The notes under the pieces are model-generated. The model saw only the letters and a list, made by a program, of their open reading frames with translations. It was not told the origin of the DNA and searched no databases. A DNA stretch of 64,000 nt from an uncultured virus (IMG/VR IMGVR_UViG_3300043411_001904) (Duplodnaviria > Heunggongvirae > Uroviricota > Caudoviricetes): IMG/VR virus record IMGVR_UViG_3300043411_001904; one strand, given 5' to 3'. The position numbers and the translations under genes were made by a program. Shown here piece by piece: positions 1 to 9,266 of the stretch (within the stretch, counting starts at the first letter, position 1; each line of letters opens with the position of its first letter).

Positions 1-6
1 TACTAT

Positions 7-930
7 ATGATTAAAAAATATTTTGAGTTTTCACAATATGGAAATCATAATACATTAGGTGAATATATTGAATCCTTATGTAATGATGAATTTATAAAAT
101 CTATAGTAGGAGAATATACCAAAGAAATGGACCCACAAATAAGGGTTTCTAATTCAGTAAATTTACTAGGAGACTATGAAAAGATCCAACTCCTCAAAAG
201 AATCGAATCACATCTCAACGGATCAGACAGTGAACCACAGATAACAGCATCAGTTGATGTTGGTGAAGAAATAGATGAATCGTATGGAAAAGGAATATTT
301 ACAACATTTCTAAAATGCTTAACTGCTCTAGGACTAAAAGATAATCAACCAATAAAAGAAACTCCAGATAATTTTCTAATTTTATTTAAATTCGAAAAAT
401 TGGATTATCTGAAAGTTGAATCAGTCTTCAAAAGATTCAAATCATTACAAATATTAGATATCCAATATACTCCAGATATGGGATTGTATTTTGGAATCAA
501 AATAAACGGATTTCTCGAATACGGATATATCGATGACAAAATGAATAAAGTTGGAGAGTTCCCATTAAAAAAATCTACATTAAATTGGATTAAAATATCC
601 GATCTAAAATCTCTATCAGGAATAAAAAAATCCCTAACAGATCTATCATATAATGATATAATTTTATTGGGAAAAATAAAATCAGAGATGGGTAAATTTA
701 AGCCCGACTACTTTGAACAAAAAATGACACCCCATGTTCAAGACAAAATGATAGTTTTCGGATATTATGGATATGGAAATTGGAACATGGGTAAGCTCAA
801 TGACACTGATCTAATTAAAATCAAAGAAAGTGTTAAAGAGTACTTATCCAATTATAGGTGGTCATCTAATGTATTAGTAAACATTACTCCTAGTAAGTTC
901 TGGACATATATAAAAATAAAGATCAAATGA
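7..930 (+). CDS. hypothetical protein with N-terminal MIKKYFEF tag (putative virion-associated)
   Basis: 307-aa ORF; N-terminus matches the recurrent MKxIKKF(N)E motif. Confidence 0.7.
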   Translation: MIKKYFEFSQYGNHNTLGEYIESLCNDEFIKSIVGEYTKEMDPQIRVSNSVNLLGDYEKIQLLKRIESHLNGSDSEPQITASVDVGEEIDESYGKGIFTTFLKCLTALGLKDNQPIKETPDNFLILFKFEKLDYLKVESVFKRFKSLQILDIQYTPDMGLYFGIKINGFLEYGYIDDKMNKVGEFPLKKSTLNWIKISDLKSLSGIKKSLTDLSYNDIILLGKIKSEMGKFKPDYFEQKMTPHVQDKMIVFGYYGYGNWNMGKLNDTDLIKIKESVKEYLSNYRWSSNVLVNITPSKFWTYIKIKIK

Positions 931-1232
931 ACCACATTAAAAAGTTCAATGAAAATAATCACGAATTTGATCTAAATTTGGCAATTTCTAAAATAAAAAA
1001 TGAATTTCCAGAGACTAAAGTAAAAGATATGTTTAATGATGAGTGGCCAAATTGGGTGGATGAAGAGCATTCAGAGGATCTAAATTGGTATCTAAAAGGT
1101 AGTAATGGAGAGGCAGAAGAAATTGTGTATGATCAAATTATTGATTGGTTTAAAAAAGAATTCAAAATCAAAATATCAGAAGAAGATGAAAATAGATTGA
1201 CCAATCTATTGAAGAAAACATATAACCTATAA
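927..1232 (+). CDS. hypothetical protein, N-terminal MNHIKKFNE tag
   Basis: ATGA overlap with upstream ORF; recurrent N-terminal motif. Confidence 0.7.
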   Translation: MNHIKKFNENNHEFDLNLAISKIKNEFPETKVKDMFNDEWPNWVDEEHSEDLNWYLKGSNGEAEEIVYDQIIDWFKKEFKIKISEEDENRLTNLLKKTYNL

Positions 1233-1233
1233 T

Positions 1234-1581
1234 ATGAATATTGGGACCCAATCACAGTTTGACACTATGACTTTCCCACTAATTAAAAGTGTTATTCCAA
1301 GCATACTTGGTACTGATAGAGAAAAGCTGAAAGAAATAGAATCGGAAGTAAAATCCATAAATAGGGATAATAAAATTAAATCTATCGAAGATGATGTAAA
1401 GTATGAGGAAATGAAGATCCAAGATCATCCTGACTATGAAGAAGCCGTATCTAGTTTACCAAAAGTGCAACCACTACCCTCACCATCAGGTAACATATTC
1501 TATATGGATTATCAATATGGATCTGTTGAATCCGAATCACATCAAATTATAAGTTCGGATCCAAACGAATCCAATTTATAG
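1234..1581 (+). CDS. small protein resembling a fragment of T4 gp23-type major capsid protein
   Basis: FPLIKSVIPS...VQPLPSPSGNIFYMDYQY resembles the gp23 segment VQPM-x-x-P-(T/S)-G-x-IF; internal RDNKIKSI motif. Confidence 0.55.
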   Translation: MNIGTQSQFDTMTFPLIKSVIPSILGTDREKLKEIESEVKSINRDNKIKSIEDDVKYEEMKIQDHPDYEEAVSSLPKVQPLPSPSGNIFYMDYQYGSVESESHQIISSDPNESNL

Positions 1582-1710
1582 TCAATCTCCTATTAATGAA
1601 GCGAATTCAGCATTACTCATTCTAGGCTGTGATACGCATAATGTCAAAATTTTTTCCTCCTTACATAAATCTACCACTAAACCCATCAATGTAATTCATT
1701 AAATTGAAAA

Positions 1711-2118
1711 TTAAATTATTCTCTCAGTAGCGACTCCATTCGGAGTAGTATAAACAATCTTTTTAATTCCTCTGTCCATTAGAGCCTGCATGCATCCTTT
1801 ACAGGGACGACACATACAAAGATCACCTTCCATACTTTCACGATAAATATACATTGTATGTCCCTTAAGATCTTTGGACTTGGACCTATTCAAAGCATCC
1901 ATTTCAGCATGAATATGTGCAATATCAATTCCTGGCTCTCCCGTATTATTAGCAAATCGAATTTTATTATACCTACCCTGCATTGGATGAGTCTTTCTGA
2001 GAGAAATTCCCCAAGAGACAATTCTTTTGCGATTTACAATAACAGCCCCGATTCTCTCCTGTTTATTAGAGGAAAAGGACAGAGTGGCAGCTAAATCCAA
2101 AAACTTCTTTTTGAACAT
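1711..2118 (-). CDS. cytidine/dCMP deaminase-superfamily Zn deaminase
   Basis: IGAVIV, HAE and PCKGC motifs; TATATTTG promoter at 2123-2130. Confidence 0.85.
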   Translation of the reverse strand: MFKKKFLDLAATLSFSSNKQERIGAVIVNRKRIVSWGISLRKTHPMQGRYNKIRFANNTGEPGIDIAHIHAEMDALNRSKSKDLKGHTMYIYRESMEGDLCMCRPCKGCMQALMDRGIKKIVYTTPNGVATERII

Positions 2119-2137
2119 GACACAAATATACGAAAAA

Positions 2138-2767
2138 TTACTTAATTATCCTAACACTAGGCTTAGATTTATTGGTAGATGTATTATGATTCTCATCAAA
2201 TTTTACCATAACCTTTTTAGAGACTTTAACGACAAAATCTTGCTCCCACGGAGTAAATATGTTTTCATCGGCTATAACTTCCATTTTGATTTTACCGGAA
2301 GATGATTCATCTAATATTGATAATTTCTTTATTGGAATTGAGACTCTACCATTAGAATCAATATCACCGTTAAAAACTAAGTTCCAATTTTTGGTCTCAA
2401 GAACCAATCTGACTTTAGTATTATCAATACTAACTCCTTCCAATTCTATGTTACAGGAGAATACCTCATCCTTATCTTTAAAAACCTTATACCTATCATC
2501 ATTTGAGTCAATTTGGATTTTCTCTTCCTTTGGAATATAGACATTTTCTTTTATTATCTCCTCTTGTTGTATCTCCACCTCGTCTTCTACAGTCGGAACA
2601 TCAACTAATTCTTCCTCAATATCATTCAATTCCTCTACTTCCTTTATATCTGTGTCTGATAATGAATCTACAGGTATATCATCAGCACTATCAGGAATTG
2701 GACCTGTAAAATTATCTCTTCCTTTTAGGAAATCTGAGAAGTTTATAATACTATCGATCATACTCAT
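2138..2767 (-). CDS. hypothetical acidic protein (late gene)
   Basis: 209-aa ORF preceded by TAATATATA. Confidence 0.65.
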   Translation of the reverse strand: MSMIDSIINFSDFLKGRDNFTGPIPDSADDIPVDSLSDTDIKEVEELNDIEEELVDVPTVEDEVEIQQEEIIKENVYIPKEEKIQIDSNDDRYKVFKDKDEVFSCNIELEGVSIDNTKVRLVLETKNWNLVFNGDIDSNGRVSIPIKKLSILDESSSGKIKMEVIADENIFTPWEQDFVVKVSKKVMVKFDENHNTSTNKSKPSVRIIK

Positions 2768-2772
2768 ATATA

Positions 2773-3105
2773 TTAAAATTTTATCCTAATATTTGGTATA
2801 TTTTGAAACACTCTTTCAAAATGAGAAACTTTAATTTTTATCGAAGAATTACTCTCCACAACTTTCTCATACTCAAGATCATTTATTTTACAAAATATTT
2901 TAATAAACTTCTTGGTCTTTTCTTCTCCAATTTCACGATTCATCCTCTCCCAAGGATTTCCTTTAACATATTCTGAGTACCCTCCCCCACCTCGTAATGT
3001 CTGACCAACTTCTATTAGAATATAAACATCTTCCCAATTAATATCTAAATCTTCCCAATTAGTATTGACTTCTTGCCAATCTAAATAGTATCTTTCTTGA
3101 GGCAT
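2773..3105 (-). CDS. hypothetical protein
   Basis: 110-aa ORF packed with its neighbour. Confidence 0.6.
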   Translation of the reverse strand: MPQERYYLDWQEVNTNWEDLDINWEDVYILIEVGQTLRGGGGYSEYVKGNPWERMNREIGEEKTKKFIKIFCKINDLEYEKVVESNSSIKIKVSHFERVFQNIPNIRIKF

Positions 3106-3155
3106 TTTGGTGAGTTATTTTGAGACATTTTAGCTATTATTATATATAATAAATA

Positions 3156-4316
3156 ATGTCCACTTATAGCTTTACAAGTAATAAAGTATCTTCAACATAT
3201 CCTAGAGTCTTACAAATCGGAGATGGTATTATTTATGATGGACTTGGAGAATTAGTACGTATAAATGATGTTAATATTGATAATCTTTATGCCTCATACT
3301 CAATATTAAGATCAGATGTAGATAATTTAGAATCTGGTATTACAGGACTACAGGGATTTCAAGGATTTCAAGGAAGACAAGGAAGACAGGGAGCGGTCGG
3401 GCAAAAAGGGGAGGGATTCCAAGGAAGTCAAGGACGTCAAGGACGTCAAGGCGCAAAAGGATCCGAATCTTCAAACTCTCTAATTTGGGATTGGGATAAC
3501 ACAATCCCAGCGACAAAAGTTGGAACTTTCTATACTGGTGGAGCAGGACTCGGGGGCGAAACTGATCTTACTCTTATCACGACTCTAATATTTAATAAAA
3601 CTTCACAGGATGGAAATGCACTTGAATGGCTTAGAGCTCTTGATTCACTTAGTTCCTCCACAACAAATCCCACTATATTAAAGTTATCATATTTAAATGA
3701 TCCCACCATTTGGGGCATTTATACTTTAGAATCGTCAACTGAAGCTCTTAATACTTATATATTTTCAATATCATGTATATCTGGAGATGGAGAATTTCCA
3801 GCTGTACTCGGTAGTAAATTTGTTGCATTTTCTTGGGTCTTATCAGGCATTGATGGATATACAGGATCCACAGGATTTCAAGGTACAACAGGATCCACAG
3901 GTATCCAGGGGTTTCAAGGATATACTGGAAGCCAAGGATTCCAAGGATACCAGGGGATTATAGGTGGTGGGACTGGATCAATTGCTATGTTTATTGATAG
4001 TGGATCCTCTGTTATAACAACTGGTGAAAAGTCTTATGTTATATCACCATTCGATTGTAATATTGTCTCTTGGAAAGTTATATCATCTATATCTGGTAGT
4101 TGTGTAATTGATATATGGAAGAATACTTCAATACCAACTGTTGCAAATACCATAATTGGCACATATTCAAAACCAACATTATCATCTCAACAAATAAATT
4201 CTGGCTTATCTACTGGTTGGACTTCCTCCGTATCTGCTGGAGATATAATTCTATTTAATGTTGATTCTGTATCAACCGTTCAGAAGATATATCTTTATTT
4301 AGAAATACAAAAATAA
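3156..4316 (+). CDS. collagen-repeat (G-x-Q) fibre/structural protein
   Basis: GFQ/GRQ triplet runs; Ser/Thr/Gly-rich C-terminal domain. Confidence 0.75.
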   Translation: MSTYSFTSNKVSSTYPRVLQIGDGIIYDGLGELVRINDVNIDNLYASYSILRSDVDNLESGITGLQGFQGFQGRQGRQGAVGQKGEGFQGSQGRQGRQGAKGSESSNSLIWDWDNTIPATKVGTFYTGGAGLGGETDLTLITTLIFNKTSQDGNALEWLRALDSLSSSTTNPTILKLSYLNDPTIWGIYTLESSTEALNTYIFSISCISGDGEFPAVLGSKFVAFSWVLSGIDGYTGSTGFQGTTGSTGIQGFQGYTGSQGFQGYQGIIGGGTGSIAMFIDSGSSVITTGEKSYVISPFDCNIVSWKVISSISGSCVIDIWKNTSIPTVANTIIGTYSKPTLSSQQINSGLSTGWTSSVSAGDIILFNVDSVSTVQKIYLYLEIQK

Positions 4317-4327
4317 ATATATAGTTT

Positions 4328-6445
4328 ATGATAAAGGCTATAAATTATAAATTTGATGGGGGTACTGCTAGCACAACTCCACTATCATCATATGATGAAA
4401 CCAAGGTTAACTTATCAAGTCTTATGAGAATATATACTGGACTAAATCCTAAAGATAAGTTTGCTGGTCCAATGAAAATTGGTATGGCTAGGCCGATGGA
4501 AGCTTCAACACAGATAGCTGGGATTTATCCACATGTATATGCGTATAGTAGTACTATTGATTGGGTTTTCCTTTTTGATAATGCTACTGCAGCTGCGACC
4601 AGAAGAGTTATTCTATATGAGTGTAATAAGACTACAAGTGAATTTAATTGGGTTGGATTTGTTTTATTAACATTCCCAACAGCCACTGCCCATACAATTA
4701 GAGGTGCTAGAGTTAGTGTCAATTTATACACAACTGGGACAGCATCTGTTTCTGGCACATCAGTTACTGGAGTTGGTACATCATGGACAACAGATGAAAT
4801 GAATGTTGGGAGTAGAATTGGATTTGGGTCCACTGATCCGACACAAATAACAACTTGGTATGAAATATCTGCTGTTGGTGGTAATACATCAATAACATTA
4901 ACTGTCTCAGGTGGTACAATTGATGACGGTCCTTATGTTATACAAGATATGATGATATTAATTACTACCACTAATGCGACGCCAGCGAATGGTGGATTAT
5001 TTGTGGCTAAGGGTGTTTCACACGATTCTTTTTCGGCTCAGATAACCATACCTGCTGCTGTCTCAACTGATAATATAAGAGCTGTATATTGGATAGCAGA
5101 TGCTGCAACTGTTATTAATACAGCTTCTTGTGGGTGCGCTCTAGGTAGTTTTACATCATGGACTAACCAATTGTGTTATGTTATTGATACTAACAGAAGA
5201 GTTTATATCTACAATTTTAGAAAAGCACTCACAGTGGCTTCTGGTAAAGATACGACAGGGACAGTTATAACAACTGGTGTTTTAACATCCGCCTTTACTG
5301 GTACAATTTCACAGGCAAATAATAGTAGAGTTGGTGTTCTTAGTCATGGGCCTGGGTTAGGGGTTGAATCTTTATATTTTGTTACAACAACTAGAATATA
5401 TCGAGCCGCTATTTCATCTTTGACTGCTGGTAATACATCTTGGACGTCTGATATTATGGTAGAAATACCCCCAGGTGGGGCTAACACATATACTGCTACA
5501 TCGGCTTTAACATCTGTTGAAATATCGGCCACAATAGATCGGCTAGTTGTTACAACAACTGGAGCTGCTGGTGTTAGGAGCTATGTTACTAGATACAATA
5601 CAATATCTGATCCTATGGATCATATATTTCTGGTTGATGATAAACAATTAGATCAATCACTAGCTGATTCGGGAGGTGCTCCGCATCCAGCTATTCTAGC
5701 TTTGCCATTTTCTGCTTGGTCAGAGGGGGGTATTTTATATCTATGTCGTGTGGGTACAACTGCCGCCCAAATTCAAATATATACACTTCCAATTGGAGCT
5801 CATAGATATTATGTTAACACGACACTTGAAAGATTAATAACTCCAAAATTTGATATTTCAGATTCTACAGTTTTATATAATGTATATACATCAGCCATTG
5901 ATGAATTGGGGGATGATACTTTTTCCTTACCAACAGAGCCATATGATGTTTGGTATAGAACTACTGGTATATCTGATAATTCTGGTGTTTGGACTATGTT
6001 GGATCAACTTGGTACACTATCTGGGGTTTCTGGTACATCTATACAATTTTCATTCACATTCAAAATACTTGGAGCTACTTGTATTCCAGCAAGAATAAAT
6101 GCCATTTCTCTAATATATGAAGATCAGAATAATGATAGTCACTATGAGCCATCGTTTTCCAATTCTTCAGCATCTACAAATGTATTTGCGTATAGGCAAG
6201 GAACTACCTGGGGTAGTAATATTCCAAATTTGAGAATAAGATTGTGGAATATTGATACTGGAGTTTCTGTTTTGGATGATACGATTCTTTTATCATCATT
6301 TGGAACTTGGGAATATTCCACAAATAATGGTTCATCTTGGAATACTTGGGACGCTGCTCAAGATGCTGTTGGAAACTATATAAGATATTCAGCTTCTTCT
6401 CTTCCTGGTGGGATAAGAGTTAGGGCATTACTAACACAAGTATAA
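4328..6445 (+). CDS. Thr/Ser/Gly-rich virion structural protein (tail/fibre-like)
   Basis: 705 aa; GTASVSGTSVTGVGTSW segment typical of tail-fibre domains; beta-rich composition. Confidence 0.65.
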   Translation: MIKAINYKFDGGTASTTPLSSYDETKVNLSSLMRIYTGLNPKDKFAGPMKIGMARPMEASTQIAGIYPHVYAYSSTIDWVFLFDNATAAATRRVILYECNKTTSEFNWVGFVLLTFPTATAHTIRGARVSVNLYTTGTASVSGTSVTGVGTSWTTDEMNVGSRIGFGSTDPTQITTWYEISAVGGNTSITLTVSGGTIDDGPYVIQDMMILITTTNATPANGGLFVAKGVSHDSFSAQITIPAAVSTDNIRAVYWIADAATVINTASCGCALGSFTSWTNQLCYVIDTNRRVYIYNFRKALTVASGKDTTGTVITTGVLTSAFTGTISQANNSRVGVLSHGPGLGVESLYFVTTTRIYRAAISSLTAGNTSWTSDIMVEIPPGGANTYTATSALTSVEISATIDRLVVTTTGAAGVRSYVTRYNTISDPMDHIFLVDDKQLDQSLADSGGAPHPAILALPFSAWSEGGILYLCRVGTTAAQIQIYTLPIGAHRYYVNTTLERLITPKFDISDSTVLYNVYTSAIDELGDDTFSLPTEPYDVWYRTTGISDNSGVWTMLDQLGTLSGVSGTSIQFSFTFKILGATCIPARINAISLIYEDQNNDSHYEPSFSNSSASTNVFAYRQGTTWGSNIPNLRIRLWNIDTGVSVLDDTILLSSFGTWEYSTNNGSSWNTWDAAQDAVGNYIRYSASSLPGGIRVRALLTQV

Positions 6446-6446
6446 C

Positions 6447-6608
6447 ATGGTAGATGATATCATATTTGCAACATATAGCAGTTCTTTTTTAGATACATTG
6501 ACTGCCTCTGGTGGTGCTCAATTAGATATTATGTTTAATGATAGTTATTTTCATACAATAACTGGTACACAATCAAGTGGTGAAACTAATTATGCCTACA
6601 TAATTTAA
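6447..6608 (+). CDS. small 53-aa structural-module protein
   Basis: ATG 1 nt after the previous stop; MVDDIIFATYSS...GETNYAYII. Confidence 0.5.
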   Translation: MVDDIIFATYSSSFLDTLTASGGAQLDIMFNDSYFHTITGTQSSGETNYAYII

Positions 6609-6647
6609 TCATGATTAAGAACGGGAATGGTTGAGATGAGGTAAATA

Positions 6648-7823
6648 CTAAACCTTATCAATATCAAACATACCTAATTTCTTCATACCCAATAAAAGAT
6701 CATTCAAAAGAGGCTGATAAACTTTTTGATTGTCAAAATTATCTTTAATATACAATTTAGTATACATCTGACTTATCTTTTTACAATGATCAACTAATGA
6801 ATTGAAAAGATAGTGTGGTGATTTTTCTGTCTTTGCTTGAAGAAAAGCATACTTTAACTGGTTAGATGTAAAATCAGAAATATCATTTGGTAACATACCC
6901 GCTGATTTCATTTTAGCTAGAGTATAACTCAAATACAGTCCCCAAGATGACTTAACATCATCAATTGATTTAAGATCAATATTCTTAACAGACTCAGGAG
7001 AGTATTTCAATATATGACCAGAGATAACATTCCAAGCTAATTTTTTATCTCCATCGAATTTAGAAGATACTTGGTCCAAAATATCATCCATCATAATAAC
7101 ATTACCTTCCGAAGACGACATCTTCTTACCATCAACCATAACCAACCCAAGACCAATATGATCAATATCAGGAAACAGAGATTTCAATGATTTAAAATGA
7201 TTATCTTGCTCAAATCCAGTTATGTATAAAGTAGACCCATCTAGTTTTTGTGCCAATGTAACATCTTGATAGAAATAGGAACTAGATCCGTCAGATTTAA
7301 TCCCAACAATCTTTGATCCATTAACATCAAAAACAAGAGTACCTTTATACTCTCCAACACCATCTTCAAGAATGGAAGTATTGACTAGCTTTTGTCCGGA
7401 AGCAAAATGAATTGAATCAATTTTATACCCAAATGATTCACAATGAGATTTAAATTTATCCAAGGCATCATCTTGATCAACCTTACCGGACAAAGTATCA
7501 CCTAAAATAGCAATATATTTTTCCCCAATACCTAATGATTGGATAGATTTTGCAAAAATCAAATTGGATAAGTGTCCCAAGTGTAGATGTTTATTCAAAT
7601 TTGGAGAAAATCCATCAACAAATTCATAAACCTTAGGTGATTCAAAAAGATCATATAGATTTTGATCTCCAATTAGAATATTAGTAAATCCACCCGATTT
7701 CTCAGATTCTAATCCCCAATGAGATATCCAATCAGATACTTTCTGATTCGGATCTCCCCATACACAGAAATTAAATCCCATGTTTTTAGGAGTAGTTTTA
7801 ATATCGGATATCTTGATCTTCAT
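6648..7823 (-). CDS. argS: arginyl-tRNA synthetase (compact, Arg-free)
   Basis: SPNLNKHLHLGH (HIGH), KSDG..Y..QD, YITGFEQDNHF, KMSSSEG (KMSKS), GLYLSYTLAK; start at MKIKIS directly after a TATATTTG promoter. Confidence 0.88.
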   Translation of the reverse strand: MKIKISDIKTTPKNMGFNFCVWGDPNQKVSDWISHWGLESEKSGGFTNILIGDQNLYDLFESPKVYEFVDGFSPNLNKHLHLGHLSNLIFAKSIQSLGIGEKYIAILGDTLSGKVDQDDALDKFKSHCESFGYKIDSIHFASGQKLVNTSILEDGVGEYKGTLVFDVNGSKIVGIKSDGSSSYFYQDVTLAQKLDGSTLYITGFEQDNHFKSLKSLFPDIDHIGLGLVMVDGKKMSSSEGNVIMMDDILDQVSSKFDGDKKLAWNVISGHILKYSPESVKNIDLKSIDDVKSSWGLYLSYTLAKMKSAGMLPNDISDFTSNQLKYAFLQAKTEKSPHYLFNSLVDHCKKISQMYTKLYIKDNFDNQKVYQPLLNDLLLGMKKLGMFDIDKV

Positions 7824-7839
7824 GGAACAAATATACGAA

Positions 7840-9258
7840 TTAAATCCGATCGAATAAAATTTGCTTTTTGCCACCCTTTATTAAAAGGTCAATCTCATCA
7901 CATTTCTCTTTTCCAAACAGCGGAACATATAAAGAATTAACAACATTCAATAGATAATCCAAATTTGATAATTGACTAAGATAATCAGTTGATGACCACG
8001 GCTTATTATCATTAATATACTTATTACCAACTTTAACCAACTCATTAGTAAATCTCAAAGCATCTTTTACTTTGAAATTGTTCCAAGATTCTCTCACTTT
8101 TTTATCATATGACAAAACCAAATCAACAAAATCATTTTGAGGATTAACTAGATTCCCTTCACATTTAATATCAACTAGATGGAGGACCCTAGACACCAAA
8201 TTGCCCCAATCATTCACAATTTCAGAGTTCCAAATATTCTTCAAATCGTCCTCATTCCAGGAAGAATCTGAATATGTACTTAGTCCACCCAAAGCATAGT
8301 ATCTAACGGGATACAATCCATATTTATCTAATTGTTCAATAGGATCTATAACATTCCCAATACTTTTGGAAATCTTAAGTCCATTTTTATCTAGAATCGT
8401 ACCATGCACCAATAACTTTCCGGTTTTCTTAATACCTTCAGATTCCAAAAATGATTGAAATATGATAGCCTGAAATCTAAGATTATCAGGACCACAAATC
8501 TGCACCACATCATTCCAATTAAAATTATCTGTTAAATATCCAGCAGCAAATATGTAATTTAATAAGGCCTCCAACCACACGTAAATGATCTGAGAATCAT
8601 CATCGGGCACTGAAATTCCCCAAGGACATTTTTGTACACTTCTAGACACAGATATGTCACCCACATTATCTATTAGATTATATAACTCATCTAATTTCGA
8701 TTTAGGTTCTAAGAAATTAGGATTTTGCTCAATCCAATTCAATAAAGAATTTCGATATTTAGAAATCTTAAAGAAATAATTCTCTTCTTCTATAATTTCA
8801 ATATTTGTTGTAGGATGATCTAAGCATTTACCATCAACTAGATCAGAGTCTTGTTTGTGTGATTCACATCCTTTGCAATATTTTCCTTTGTAAAATCCTT
8901 TATAAATATCTCCGCGATCTACAAACCTAGACCAAATTATCTTAACTTTCTCATGATGGTCGGGATCAGACGTCTTATAAAAGGAATCATACTCAATACT
9001 AAACCGATCACAGAAATCTTTCCAAGTATGTGTTAAATTCTTAATATATTCCGGAGTTGGAATTCCAATCTCTTGAGATTTCTCCCAGACTTTGGCTCCG
9101 TGTTCATCCAAACCAACATTAAAGTGAACATCATCCCCAATACTCTTGAACCATTTAGAGATAGCATCACCAAGAATAAATTCAAAAGCATGGCCAATAT
9201 GAGGAACTGAGTTCACATATGGCAAAGTGGTGGTTATAAATTTGTTTTTGATTTCTAT
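7840..9258 (-). CDS. metG: methionyl-tRNA synthetase (Met-free, no AUG start)
   Basis: KFITTTLPYVNSVPHIGH, GLDEHG, CxxC knuckle, YVWLEAL, KISKSIGN, NDWGNLVSR; start placed at ATA 9258 (alternatives ATT 9267, ATC 9252, TTG 9225). Confidence 0.9.
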   Translation of the reverse strand: MEIKNKFITTTLPYVNSVPHIGHAFEFILGDAISKWFKSIGDDVHFNVGLDEHGAKVWEKSQEIGIPTPEYIKNLTHTWKDFCDRFSIEYDSFYKTSDPDHHEKVKIIWSRFVDRGDIYKGFYKGKYCKGCESHKQDSDLVDGKCLDHPTTNIEIIEEENYFFKISKYRNSLLNWIEQNPNFLEPKSKLDELYNLIDNVGDISVSRSVQKCPWGISVPDDDSQIIYVWLEALLNYIFAAGYLTDNFNWNDVVQICGPDNLRFQAIIFQSFLESEGIKKTGKLLVHGTILDKNGLKISKSIGNVIDPIEQLDKYGLYPVRYYALGGLSTYSDSSWNEDDLKNIWNSEIVNDWGNLVSRVLHLVDIKCEGNLVNPQNDFVDLVLSYDKKVRESWNNFKVKDALRFTNELVKVGNKYINDNKPWSSTDYLSQLSNLDYLLNVVNSLYVPLFGKEKCDEIDLLIKGGKKQILFDRI

Positions 9259-9266
9259 TGATTTAA

